The translations under genes and the position numbers were made by a program. Shown piece by piece: positions 26,833 through 35,183 of a stretch of 49,415 nucleotides of DNA (position 1 is its first letter; each line of letters starts with the position of its first letter). The notes under the pieces are model-generated. The model was not told the DNA's origin, made no database searches, and was given only the letters and a program-made list of their open reading frames with translations. The DNA comes from a virus. Taxonomy: Duplodnaviria > Caudoviricetes. The stretch is from the IMG/VR virus record IMGVR_UViG_3300050330_000108, positions 1 to 49,415 of that record; one strand, written 5' to 3'.

Positions 26833-27342
26833 CTACGAAAGCTGTAGCGCCCCCCGGTTGACCGTTGCTCCGCCCCACAGGTCAAGCCGCGGCGGCCACG
26901 CGGCGCGCTCGATGACCAGCGCGCGCGTGAGCGCGGCGAGCAGCAGCTCCACGGCGCGGCGCACCGGCTTGGGCAGCGTGCCGCTGGTGCCCACCAGGTA
27001 GTGGCACTCCTCGCAGCCGGCCCAGCCCTCGCGGCAGTCGGTCTTGAGGCCGGCTCCCTTCCCGCAGTCGCGATGGCAGAACACCGATCGCAGGAGGGTG
27101 CGGCCGCAACGCACGCACAAGCCCAGGCCACGGACGGATTCCATGTAGCCGGGGTGCTGCAGCATCGGCTCCGGCTTCGGCGCCGGGCCCGCGGTTCCGC
27201 CGGCGTAGGTTCCCCGCCGCAGCGGCCGCACCGTGGCCACCGCCAGCGGCGCGCGCGGCCTGTCCTCGCGCTCCCAGCTCGGGCCCTCCGCCTTCGTGCG
27301 GCGCATCGGGGTGTGGCGCTTGAGAGGGCCGCCGCGCTTCAT
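26833..27342 (-). CDS. Nin-region Zn-finger/HNH-like protein
   Basis: CVRCG, H, GKGAGLK, CEECH pattern. Confidence 0.65.
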   Translation of the reverse strand: MKRGGPLKRHTPMRRTKAEGPSWEREDRPRAPLAVATVRPLRRGTYAGGTAGPAPKPEPMLQHPGYMESVRGLGLCVRCGRTLLRSVFCHRDCGKGAGLKTDCREGWAGCEECHYLVGTSGTLPKPVRRAVELLLAALTRALVIERAAWPPRLDLWGGATVNRGALQLS

Positions 27343-27485
27343 GCAAATCTTCCCTGCACCATCTGGCGCAGCCAGTCCCGGTATGCCGCCGTGGGAGACA
27401 TGCCGAAGCCCCAGACCCGCGTCTGCCGGTAGTCCGGCAGGCGGCAGTCCCAGACCTTGCGGCGCAGGCGGATGCGGGGCTTCAT
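27339..27485 (-). CDS. Small hypothetical protein (48 aa)
   Basis: ATGA overlaps at both ends; MKPRIRLRRKVWDC...AAYRDW. Confidence 0.6.
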   Translation of the reverse strand: MKPRIRLRRKVWDCRLPDYRQTRVWGFGMSPTAAYRDWLRQMVQGRFA

Positions 27486-27667
27486 TCGGCCGGATCCTTC
27501 CCGGCGGGCTCGACTTGCTGTCGCGTCCCCTTGTTCTTCGGCTTCGGCGTGCTGGTGCGCGTGCTCTGGATGACCGCGATGGCCCGTGCCAGCAGCGCCG
27601 GGGCCACGTCGTAACCCTGCAGCTGCATCGTGCGGATCGTGACGGCTTGCTGGTAGGTCATAGTCAT
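27482..27667 (-). CDS. Small hypothetical protein
   Basis: ATGA overlap and GGAG RBS. Confidence 0.55.
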   Translation of the reverse strand: MTMTYQQAVTIRTMQLQGYDVAPALLARAIAVIQSTRTSTPKPKNKGTRQQVEPAGKDPAE

Positions 27668-28182
27668 TCTCCGAATCCCGTGAGCAGTTCGTGCATGTAG
27701 CCGTCCGCCCGGTCCTTCAGGTGCGGCCAGAGGTAGCGCGCGGCGTGCGGCCCGCGCAGGAAGGAAACCACGCGCTGGTGGAACTCCTCGAACTCCTCCT
27801 GATCGGCCGCCGCGTAGCTGATCGAACGCGGGATGGGCACCACCCCGCCGGCGGGCCCGGCCGCCCACGTCACCCAGCCCGCGCCCACCTTGATCCAGTA
27901 GATGAACTGGTCGAAGTGCTCGAACCGCTCCTGCGACTCGAACACCGCCTGCTCCAGCGCGAAGTGCCGGCGGTGGAATGGGCCGCTGCGCGCCTGGTGG
28001 GTCACGATCTCCACCATCTCGCCGGGCTCCAGGCGGAACAGCCGGTTGACGAAGCGGCGCCACGATTTGCGCGCCTTGTCGCCCAGGCCGTCGACGGCGC
28101 CGAACAGCACCCGACGCGCGGCTTCTGCATCCGCCGGCGCGATCGGCGCCGCCTCTTGGCGAACGAGGACGATCTCAGGCAC
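27664..28182 (-). CDS. DUF1367-like nin-region protein
   Basis: RSGPFHRRHFAL and PRSISYA..DQEEF motifs; AAGGAG RBS. Confidence 0.7.
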   Translation of the reverse strand: MPEIVLVRQEAAPIAPADAEAARRVLFGAVDGLGDKARKSWRRFVNRLFRLEPGEMVEIVTHQARSGPFHRRHFALEQAVFESQERFEHFDQFIYWIKVGAGWVTWAAGPAGGVVPIPRSISYAAADQEEFEEFHQRVVSFLRGPHAARYLWPHLKDRADGYMHELLTGFGE

Positions 28183-28244
28183 GCGCCCACTCCTTCGCAG
28201 AACGGATCTGCTCCACGTGGAACTCCGTTCCTGCCAGCCTGATG

Positions 28245-28466
28245 TCACCCATCGAGCCCTCCGTCGTCCTCCCGCTGCGGCCGCGCGCGTGACGCTTTCG
28301 TGCCCAGCGTGTTGCCCACGTGCCACGCACCTTTGCAGTACGTGCACCTGTACGCCGCCACCTTGTCGCCCTTCTCGCGCAGGTGCCGCGCGAGCCGCTT
28401 CGCCTGCACCGCGCTGAGGGCGGCCTTGCCGGAGCAGGAAACAAGGCGGCTGGCTTGGCGCTTCAT
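28245..28466 (-). CDS. Small Zn-finger protein
   Basis: CSGK and AYRCTYCKGAWHV. Confidence 0.65.
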   Translation of the reverse strand: MKRQASRLVSCSGKAALSAVQAKRLARHLREKGDKVAAYRCTYCKGAWHVGNTLGTKASRARPQREDDGGLDG

Positions 28467-28834
28467 GACGTCAGCCTCACGTCCAGTCCGTGCACCGCCT
28501 TAAGCAGGTGGCGCTTGATCGTGAACGCGGTGGTGACCACGCCTTTCACGTCCTCTAGCACCAGCCGGCCGGCCTCGCGGTACCGGAAGTCCACCACCAG
28601 CCTCAGCGCCGGCTGGGCCCGCCGAGCGCCGGCGAACTTCACACCTGGTGCCAGCACGTAGGCCACCTGGCGCTCCAGATCGCTGATGCGCCCGGCCCGC
28701 AGGAGCATGCGAAGCTCGCACCACCTCTGCGCCTCACGCTTGCTGTCGAACGTCACGCCGTCCACGACGGTCTTTCGGTTTCCGAACTTGCCGGCCCGGC
28801 GGCTTGGGGTCAGCACCTTGCTCGTGCTCAGCAT
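28463..28834 (-). CDS. DUF1064-like PD-(D/E)xK endonuclease
   Basis: KFGN.K..VDGVTFDSKREA, DF.Y, EDVKG motifs. Confidence 0.85.
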   Translation of the reverse strand: MLSTSKVLTPSRRAGKFGNRKTVVDGVTFDSKREAQRWCELRMLLRAGRISDLERQVAYVLAPGVKFAGARRAQPALRLVVDFRYREAGRLVLEDVKGVVTTAFTIKRHLLKAVHGLDVRLTS

Positions 28835-29105
28835 GGCGCTCCTCCACCGGCTCGAGCGGCACAGCTTCGCCCGCCGCGAGCTCGCGCAGCAGCTGCTCGT
28901 CGTGCCCGAACGCAATCCAGTCCCTCAGCACCTGGGCGCGCCACTCCTGCCGCTGCTTGGTCGTTTCCGTCCGCCCATCGATCTCCCGCGGCGGCGGCCA
29001 GGTCTTGAGCGTCTGCAGGTAGCGCGCCCCGCAGTACGGGCAGCGCAGGTCGAACCGCCGATGATCGGGCCACGCCCGGGCCGCGGTGCAGTCGTCGCAG
29101 GCCAT
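28734..29105 (-). CDS. Hypothetical Zn-finger protein
   Basis: CDDC and CPYC; C-terminus overlaps the DUF1064 gene by about 100 nt. Confidence 0.6.
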   Translation of the reverse strand: MACDDCTAARAWPDHRRFDLRCPYCGARYLQTLKTWPPPREIDGRTETTKQRQEWRAQVLRDWIAFGHDEQLLRELAAGEAVPLEPVEERHAEHEQGADPKPPGRQVRKPKDRRGRRDVRQQA

Positions 29106-29666
29106 TCATCGCGCCCCTTCCTCCCGCCAGGCCTTGCCCGAGCGGATCATGTTGAAGTAGCGCGGGCTGATGCCGAACTGCGGCGCGTGCTCATGAGCCG
29201 GCCCGCTGGTGGCCCGAATCGCGCGAGCCTTCTCCATGTTCATCACGTCGCTGCGAGCCCGCTTCGCCGCGGTCATGTTGCGGGTGCGCTCGGGCGTGAC
29301 GAGCGTTCCGCGCGCCGATGCGATGAGCAGCTTTTCGCTGATCGTGGTCGGCCTGCAGTGCGTCGGGTTGATGCACTTCGCGTTCTTGCACTTCGCTGGC
29401 GACAGCGCGAGATCGTTCGGAGGCAGCTTCCCGTACATCAGCAGGTAGGCGGCCTGGCGCGCCGAAAGGCTCTGTCCGAAGTGCCCCAAGCTCTTCATCG
29501 GCCGCTCTTGTCCGAGGGGAAACCGCCACTCCCAGCAGTCGGCCAGGGTCACCCGGCAGTGCTCCCGGATCTCCACCAGCGTCCAGCCCTTGCGCTCCTC
29601 GGGCGGCCGCGGCTTCGGGCCGGGCTTGCGGCGGCCGGTGTCGGCAGACAGAGGTTGCGTCATCAC
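29106..29666 (-). CDS. Degenerate HNH-like domain plus C-terminal HTH protein
   Basis: CWEW, C.N.KCINPTH, then QFGISP..FNMIRSGKAW. Confidence 0.65.
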   Translation of the reverse strand: MMTQPLSADTGRRKPGPKPRPPEERKGWTLVEIREHCRVTLADCWEWRFPLGQERPMKSLGHFGQSLSARQAAYLLMYGKLPPNDLALSPAKCKNAKCINPTHCRPTTISEKLLIASARGTLVTPERTRNMTAAKRARSDVMNMEKARAIRATSGPAHEHAPQFGISPRYFNMIRSGKAWREEGAR

Positions 29667-29881
29667 CGCCTCACCTCCCGCGCGATGTACGGGCGCCGGC
29701 CGGCGCAGTTGTACGGGCCCACCCCGTAGCCCACCCGCTTCTGCTTCACCAGCGAGTCCAGCACCGCGATCGTCTCGTCGAGCGGCCAGCCGGTGATCAG
29801 GATCAGCCGGTCGCGCGTCTCCGGCTCCACGCGCAGCAGCTTCTCGAGCGCGTCCTCGCGGCTCATCAAAGGCTCAGGCAT
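29663..29881 (-). CDS. Small winged-helix-like hypothetical protein
   Basis: Coupled ORF with LILITGWP...LDSL. Confidence 0.55.
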   Translation of the reverse strand: MPEPLMSREDALEKLLRVEPETRDRLILITGWPLDETIAVLDSLVKQKRVGYGVGPYNCAGRRPYIAREVRR

Positions 29882-30515
29882 GCGCGTCTCCCTGCGGCGG
29901 CCGCTTCGCCGGCGGCAGCGCGATCGGCGGCGCTGCGTCGCCTGCGGCGATCCGGCGCGCGATCACGTCGGCGCAGCGGCGTCGGCCCACCAGCTTCGCC
30001 ACCGGCGCCAGCAGCCCCTTGCGCTCGTATTCGGCGTCCGGGCTGCGGTCGCCCATGAGCACCAGCGGGCACTCGGCGACGCCGCGGGCGCTGTAGCCGC
30101 GGTAGGCCTCGCAGAAGCGGTGCTGCAGGTAGCCCAGTTCCTTCAGCTCGGTGCGGCACACCTTCGGCCATCCGCCCAGGTCGTGGATCGCTGCGTGCGT
30201 CGCCGGGTCGCCGAAGTCGACGTCGCGGTAGGCGCCCACGGCGCCGATGGCCTGCATGACCTGCCCCCAGGCCAGCGTCGCGCGGTCGGTGGAGGTGCCC
30301 TGCAGCACCTTCACCACGTCGGCCAGCTTCGGGCAAAAGCGCCCGGCCTCCGGATCCTTGGCGTGCGCTGTCATCGCAGCGCGCACCTGCTCCAGCTCGA
30401 ACGGCTCGCACCCGGCCCACCACACGTCCAGTACGAATGGTGTGCAGTCCTGCCGGTAGTAGGCGTGCACGTCGGTGACGAGCCGCGCGAATTCCTTGCG
30501 GTCACCCTGCTGCAT
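29874..30515 (-). CDS. Replication accessory protein (DUF6475-like, helicase-loader position)
   Basis: F.PKLAD, AW..V, F.DP, LGGW motifs; follows the initiator gene. Confidence 0.7.
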   Translation of the reverse strand: MQQGDRKEFARLVTDVHAYYRQDCTPFVLDVWWAGCEPFELEQVRAAMTAHAKDPEAGRFCPKLADVVKVLQGTSTDRATLAWGQVMQAIGAVGAYRDVDFGDPATHAAIHDLGGWPKVCRTELKELGYLQHRFCEAYRGYSARGVAECPLVLMGDRSPDAEYERKGLLAPVAKLVGRRRCADVIARRIAAGDAAPPIALPPAKRPPQGDAHA

Positions 30516-31359
30516 GTGTCGCTCCTTGCTGCGCCCACTCGTGGGCGACTTGGCGGTTGCGCTGCTCGAGCGCCTCCTGGCGGTTCACGCCGGCCGCGGG
30601 CGCGCGCTGGCCGGCGGCGCGCATGCACGTGGCCTTGAGGTACTCGGCGGGGTCGGCGGGCCGCGCCACGACGGCGGCCCGCACCGCGTCGACCACGATC
30701 CGGTCGCCGTAGTCCTTGACCAGCTTCCCGACGAAGCTGCCGCACTGCGCCATCGGCAGGCCGCGGCCTTCGGCGTGGAGCAGCGACTTGCCGGCACGCC
30801 AGAGCTCATCCTTCGTGAGTTGCGCGACCTGCTCGGCCGATGGTCCGGCGGCGTCGCCGCCCTCACCGGAGGTGTTCTGCTTCTGTTCCTGTTCCTGCTT
30901 CTGTTCCTGCTTCTGGTTAAGCGACCCTTCGCCAAGGGTTTGCGAAGGGTTTCCTTCAGGGACTGGATTGATGCCCAGCATCGGCCCGCAAACCCGCATG
31001 AAATCTGGCTTCCAGGCGCATGCGTCGGGTACGGAGGCAACGATCTTGACTGCGGACTTGCGCTGGTTCGGGTTCTCCGGTGGGTTCCACTCCAGGAACT
31101 TCACCACCCACACCCATTTCGTGGTTTCGCAACGGTTAGCGAACCCTTTCCGATGCAGTTCGGCGAACGCCGCCAGTACCCGCTCGACGGTCCACTGCAG
31201 GTCTTCAGTCGCGTAGCCATCAGGCACGCGAAAGACACCCGCGATGGTCCCGTGCTGGCATGTCAGCAGGTACATGACGAGGGTGCGGCCGTCCTCGGAC
31301 AGCGACCGGAAGTCCGCGCTCTCCCAGATGCGGCTAAAGACCTTGCCGTAGTCGCGCAT
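30502..31359 (-). CDS. Phage replication initiator
   Basis: MRDYGKV..IW, YLLT..H, QEQEQ linker, internal repeats. Confidence 0.8.
   Translation of the reverse strand: MRDYGKVFSRIWESADFRSLSEDGRTLVMYLLTCQHGTIAGVFRVPDGYATEDLQWTVERVLAAFAELHRKGFANRCETTKWVWVVKFLEWNPPENPNQRKSAVKIVASVPDACAWKPDFMRVCGPMLGINPVPEGNPSQTLGEGSLNQKQEQKQEQEQKQNTSGEGGDAAGPSAEQVAQLTKDELWRAGKSLLHAEGRGLPMAQCGSFVGKLVKDYGDRIVVDAVRAAVVARPADPAEYLKATCMRAAGQRAPAAGVNRQEALEQRNRQVAHEWAQQGATHAAG
30875..30952. repeat. 6-bp tandem repeats plus AAGGGTTT direct repeats (candidate origin iterons)
   Basis: ttctgc/ttcctg repeats encoding QKQEQ; AAGGGTTT at 30934 and 30945; inverted ACCCTTCG at 30924. Confidence 0.5.
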
Positions 31360-31805
31360 CAGGCGCTCACCTCCGGCAGGGGCGCCTGCGCCTCGCGCGG
31401 CAGCTGCAGCAGCTTCTGGCGCTTGCCGGTGTGCGGGTCGCGCCGGTGGCCGGCCTCCTCAAGATGCTTCGCGGCCAGCAAGGAATCCACCCGACCGCAC
31501 ACGCCGCACAGGGGCATGGGGATGCGCTCGGCGATCTGCTGGCGCGAGAGCTTCACCTGCGGGCCCGTGAACAGGCGCAGGACGGCCGCCTCCTTGGGCG
31601 CCAAGTAGTGCAGCGGTGAGAGGCTGTGAAACGCCTCCGCGCTGGTCTCGGCCACGCCGCGGCGCTCGCGCTTGTGGGACGCCACCGACACCGCTTCCGG
31701 TGCCGCGCCGACGCCGTGCAGAGCCTCGGGCGTGCGAGCATGAAGCGCGGCGGATTGGCGGCCTGATGGCGCGGCGGCGGCTGTGGTGGGGGTGGTGTGC
31801 TGCAT
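31359..31805 (-). CDS. Winged-helix DNA-binding protein
   Basis: TSAEAF, SRQQIAE, VCGRV..L pattern. Confidence 0.6.
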   Translation of the reverse strand: MQHTTPTTAAAAPSGRQSAALHARTPEALHGVGAAPEAVSVASHKRERRGVAETSAEAFHSLSPLHYLAPKEAAVLRLFTGPQVKLSRQQIAERIPMPLCGVCGRVDSLLAAKHLEEAGHRRDPHTGKRQKLLQLPREAQAPLPEVSA

Positions 31806-31814
31806 CGCGCCCCC

Positions 31815-31919
31815 TCAGCGGTGTTCGTCGTGGTGGTGGTCGCGCAGAGGAAGCTCCAACTCCTTGCAGCCGCAGGCAATGTGTCGGTTCCACCAGGCGC
31901 GGAAGTCGTTGATGCTCAT
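31815..31919 (-). CDS. Small hypothetical peptide (34 aa)
   Basis: ATGA overlap, GAGGGA RBS; MSINDFRAWWNRHIACGCK...HHHDEHR. Confidence 0.45.
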   Translation of the reverse strand: MSINDFRAWWNRHIACGCKELELPLRDHHHDEHR

Positions 31920-32107
31920 GCGGCGTCCCTCACTTCGACAACCCCATCGCCCAGCACCTTCGGCAGGCAATCAAGGTGCACGCGGTGCTCGTTTCCGATG
32001 GGGTCGCGGACGAGCCGGAACTTGAAGCCGCCGCCGTTCTGGTAGACAAGACGGTTCAGGCAGTGCCAGCAACGCGGGTTGCCGTTCTGGATGGCCTTGG
32101 GGGTCAT
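31916..32107 (-). CDS. Small Cys/His protein
   Basis: CWHC and HLDC; GGAGG RBS. Confidence 0.6.
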   Translation of the reverse strand: MTPKAIQNGNPRCWHCLNRLVYQNGGGFKFRLVRDPIGNEHRVHLDCLPKVLGDGVVEVRDAA

Positions 32108-32397
32108 GCGGCCTCCGGAACTTTGGGGAGGTACAGGTCGCGGACTTGTTCGTCGCTGATCGCGCCGGGGCGGATGGGACGCAGGCTCTCGTCCGCGATG
32201 ACGAACTCGCGACGCGGGCCGTCCCACGTCACGATGTCGCCGCGACAGAACCAGATGTGGAACGTCGGCGCCGAATAGATGCCTACCGCCCTCAAGTCGT
32301 CAGCGGTGGCGGCGCGCACCACGTGCACGAACCGGCCTCGGCCTTCCTCGATCCAGGGAGCGACGATGTATGCAAGATCGCCCGGTTTGCAGTTCAT
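32104..32397 (-). CDS. Hypothetical phage protein
   Basis: MNCKPGDLAYIV...D..LRPIRP, a recurrent early-gene pattern. Confidence 0.65.
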   Translation of the reverse strand: MNCKPGDLAYIVAPWIEEGRGRFVHVVRAATADDLRAVGIYSAPTFHIWFCRGDIVTWDGPRREFVIADESLRPIRPGAISDEQVRDLYLPKVPEAA

Positions 32398-32744
32398 GCT
32401 GCTGCCCTCGTCGCCTGCATCTCTTCGAGGACGGTGAGCTGCGATTGCCGCGCGACCCACTGGCTCACCAGCGTGTTGCCGACCGCGGCCTCGAATCGGC
32501 AGATCGCGTCGGCCGGCAGATCGCGGCGCCCCGGGCTGTCGTCGGCGGCCACGTAGTCGCTCACGTGCTGCGGCGTGAGGCCTGCGAAGTGCGCGAGCAT
32601 GGCCTTGGTCATGCCCGGCACGCGCCGCAGAGCCCACGCGAGCCGCACCGCATCGCGGTAGGTCTTGCAGCGGGAGACGGTGTGCATGGGGACGGCCCGC
32701 GGGCCATCCAATCGGCCGATCAGGGCCAGTTCGCGCGCTTCCAT
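32394..32744 (-). CDS. CII-like transcriptional regulator
   Basis: After cro; HTH LA..AGLTPQHVSDY and F...VGNT..SQW; GGAGG RBS. Confidence 0.7.
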   Translation of the reverse strand: MEARELALIGRLDGPRAVPMHTVSRCKTYRDAVRLAWALRRVPGMTKAMLAHFAGLTPQHVSDYVAADDSPGRRDLPADAICRFEAAVGNTLVSQWVARQSQLTVLEEMQATRAAA

Positions 32745-33017
32745 GGGGTGCCTCCATAGGAAGAATTCACCGTCTAACCTGTTGCCTAACCGGTTGGCGG
32801 TAGGCGAAAAAAAGGACCTATGCAGACGATGAAGAGCACAGCCTTTTTGATGCGCCCACTCGCCGCGACCAGTGGAGCAGGAGGCACCCCGGTCGCCACC
32901 AGCGTGAGCGGTAGGCGCATCAAGAAGGCCCCGGCCCACACGGGCCAGGGAAAGCTCCGCCGCGCCGCGCATGCGGCGATAGGTCGGCAGGCCGAGGGAG
33001 GAAATTGGGGACATGGG

Positions 33018-33275
33018 TCAGGCGCGGGCGGCGGCGTGCTGTTGCTGTTCCGGGTCCGCGGCCTGCATACGCAGGACATCCCAGGCGACGTCGGGCCGCA
33101 GCTCTTCGCACCGGACCTTCCCGTCAGTCGCGCGCTCGATCAGCGGGCAGTACTCCGCCGGCACGCGGCGGCCAGGCTCCTTCCACTGGCTCACGGCGCC
33201 CTTGCTCACCCCACAGAGGTCAGCCAATGCGGTCTGTGAACCCAGGACTTCCGCTGCGCGTTCGATCGCTTCCAT
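33018..33275 (-). CDS. cro: Cro-like (YdaS) repressor
   Basis: GSQTALA..CGVSKGAVSQW and IERATDGKV..EELRPD; divergent from cI. Confidence 0.92.
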   Translation of the reverse strand: MEAIERAAEVLGSQTALADLCGVSKGAVSQWKEPGRRVPAEYCPLIERATDGKVRCEELRPDVAWDVLRMQAADPEQQQHAAARA

Positions 33276-33286
33276 GTGCCGGTCCA

Positions 33287-33370
33287 GTTCAGAAATTCAA
33301 CACCAGTATAGAAGCTGTAAACGCAACCGGTCAAGAAAATCCTTCCGGGGCCGGTTTAGCTGTTCTTTAC
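33287..33370. promoter_or_regulatory. Three OR-like 17-bp operators (33287-33303, 33306-33322, 33354-33370)
   Basis: GTTCAG-N5-CAACAC, GTATAG-N5-GTAAAC, GTTTAG-N5-CTTTAC. Confidence 0.7.
33305..33334 (-). promoter_or_regulatory. PR-like sigma70 promoter
   Basis: TTGACC-N18-TATACT upstream of cro. Confidence 0.8.
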
Positions 33371-33379
33371 AGTTCAGCC

Positions 33380-34129
33380 GTGGAGCTGAAGGACTGGATT
33401 CGATCCGCGCGCAAGCACAAGGGCTGGACGCAGGAACAGCTGGGCGACGCAATGGGAGTCACGAAGGGCAACGTCTCCGGGTGGGAGAACGGCCGGCACG
33501 AGCCGGGCTACTCGCAGCTGACCAAGATCTCCAGCCTCACCGGCTACTCCATGGCGTACATCGACCAGGACGTGCGCACCGGCGCCCTGGTGGACGAGGA
33601 GACCACTGCTTTGCGGCATGAGCTCGGCGAGCGGCGAGCCGCGTACGGCATGACACCGATCCTGGCCTGGGAGCACGAGGAGGACCTGCCCGAAGGGGAG
33701 TTCGTGATGATCCCCCGGCTGGACGTGCACCTCTCGGCAGGCAATGGCGCTGGCACGTCCCAAGTCGAAATCCTTTTTGACGAGCACCAGCCGCAGGCAT
33801 TCCGCGCTGACTGGATCCGCAGGGAACGGCTGAAACCGAAGCGGCTCGCCGCAATGCGCGCGCGGGGCGACAGCATGGAGCAAACGATTTTCGACGGCGA
33901 CAGCCTGTTGGTGGACACCAGTCAGACGGAAGTCGTCGACAGCGGGGTGTACGCGCTCTGGTACGAGGGAGGGGAGCGCGTCAAGCGTTTGTTCCGCCTG
34001 CCTGGTGGCGGCCTACGCATCGAATCGGACAACCCGCGCTACCACCCGATCGAGCTCGGCCCGGACTACTCCGGCCACGTGCGCATCATTGGGCGCGTAG
34101 TGCACCGCAGCGGGACAGGTGGGCTATAG
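33380..34129 (+). CDS. cI: CI-like repressor (XRE HTH plus S24 peptidase), probably leaderless
   Basis: WTQEQLG..GVTKGNVSGWENG HTH, SAG cleavage site, GDSM and VKRL catalytic motifs; TACAGT 6 nt before GTG. Confidence 0.93.
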   Translation: MELKDWIRSARKHKGWTQEQLGDAMGVTKGNVSGWENGRHEPGYSQLTKISSLTGYSMAYIDQDVRTGALVDEETTALRHELGERRAAYGMTPILAWEHEEDLPEGEFVMIPRLDVHLSAGNGAGTSQVEILFDEHQPQAFRADWIRRERLKPKRLAAMRARGDSMEQTIFDGDSLLVDTSQTEVVDSGVYALWYEGGERVKRLFRLPGGGLRIESDNPRYHPIELGPDYSGHVRIIGRVVHRSGTGGL

Positions 34130-34137
34130 GAGGCAGC

Positions 34138-34473
34138 ATGGGAAGCGAATCGTTCACCACGATCATTTCGCTCGCCATCGTCGCGGGCATCTTCTATGTC
34201 TTTTTCAAGGCCCTGCGCAGCGTCTTCGGCGCCAACAGGGGCTCCACCGTGCACTGCATGACCTGCGGCACCGACGCGCCAGCACAGAAGCGCACGCGCG
34301 GCAGCATATGGATCGAGGTGATCCTCTGGCTGCTGTTCATCGTGCCGGGCCTCGTGTATTCCCTCTGGAGGCTGAGCACGCGCCGGGATGTCTGTGCCGC
34401 CTGCGGCTCCGAGGCGATCGTGCCAGTGGATGCTCCGGCAGCAATCAGCCACCGCAAGAGCCTTGCGCCCTGA
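34138..34473 (+). CDS. Membrane protein with split Zn ribbon, downstream of cI
   Basis: TM, CMTCG, TM hairpin, CAACG; AGGAGG RBS. Confidence 0.75.
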   Translation: MGSESFTTIISLAIVAGIFYVFFKALRSVFGANRGSTVHCMTCGTDAPAQKRTRGSIWIEVILWLLFIVPGLVYSLWRLSTRRDVCAACGSEAIVPVDAPAAISHRKSLAP

Positions 34474-34756
34474 CCTGCGTTGGCTGCTGGTGGCAGCCTC
34501 ACTGGCAGCAGCGGCCGGCATTGCCCTGGCCGACGCACCGCGTCGCTCCAGCGCAGAGCGCGCCGCCTTCCAGCGCCATAACCCCTGCCCCAGCACTGGC
34601 CAGCGCCGAGGCAGCTGCCCGGGCTACATCATCGATCACGTCGAGCCGCTGTGCGCCGGCGGGCCCGATCACCGCTCCAACATGCAGTGGCAGACCGTAG
34701 CCGCGGCGCGCGCTAAGGACCGCTGGGAGCGGCAGGTGTGCAGGAAGTCGCGGTGA
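34463..34756 (+). CDS. HNH-type nuclease with signal peptide
   Basis: Hydrophobic leader ending ALA; CPSTG, IDHVEPLCAGGPD..SNMQWQ; TTG start uncertain. Confidence 0.75.
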   Translation: MRPDLRWLLVAASLAAAAGIALADAPRRSSAERAAFQRHNPCPSTGQRRGSCPGYIIDHVEPLCAGGPDHRSNMQWQTVAAARAKDRWERQVCRKSR

Positions 34757-34769
34757 ATCCGGGAGAGTT

Positions 34770-34895
34770 ATGACCGATCGCGAACAGCAGCTGCAACACG
34801 CCCTGGACGAGGCGCGCTTTCAGAACAAGGTCCTGACGTGGATCGCCGCATTCTTGCTGCTGGCCTGGATCGTCACCGCTGTCTACGCGCGCTAG
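34770..34895 (+). CDS. Small single-TM peptide (41 aa)
   Basis: GGGAG RBS; MTDREQQLQHALDEARFQNKVLTWIAAFLLLAWIVTAVYAR. Confidence 0.6.
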   Translation: MTDREQQLQHALDEARFQNKVLTWIAAFLLLAWIVTAVYAR

Positions 34896-34940
34896 CGACC
34901 CTGTGGCTCCCACGGGATTAAGTAGAAATAATCCCCCGGC

Positions 34941-35183
34941 CTATAGGCGACGAAACACCTCGTAGAACTTCTTCTTGGTCACACCGGCCTGGTGAGCCAT
35001 TGACTCAAGCAGCATCTGACTAAACGGCGCCTTCGGGCAGTCAACAGTGACCTTGCGAAAAGGCGGCGGCTGTTCGCGGACCCAGCTTTCGTGCGAACCG
35101 CGCGTGTCGCGGTGTTCGAACCCGAGTTCCTTGAGGACCTGTTTGACCTGCTTGCAGGTGAGCGGAGGATAGACGCCGCTCAT
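34941..35183 (-). CDS. hicA: HicA-family mRNA interferase toxin
   Basis: L..LGF....RGSH, VTV, ..QAGV pattern; 80 aa. Confidence 0.88.
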   Translation of the reverse strand: MSGVYPPLTCKQVKQVLKELGFEHRDTRGSHESWVREQPPPFRKVTVDCPKAPFSQMLLESMAHQAGVTKKKFYEVFRRL

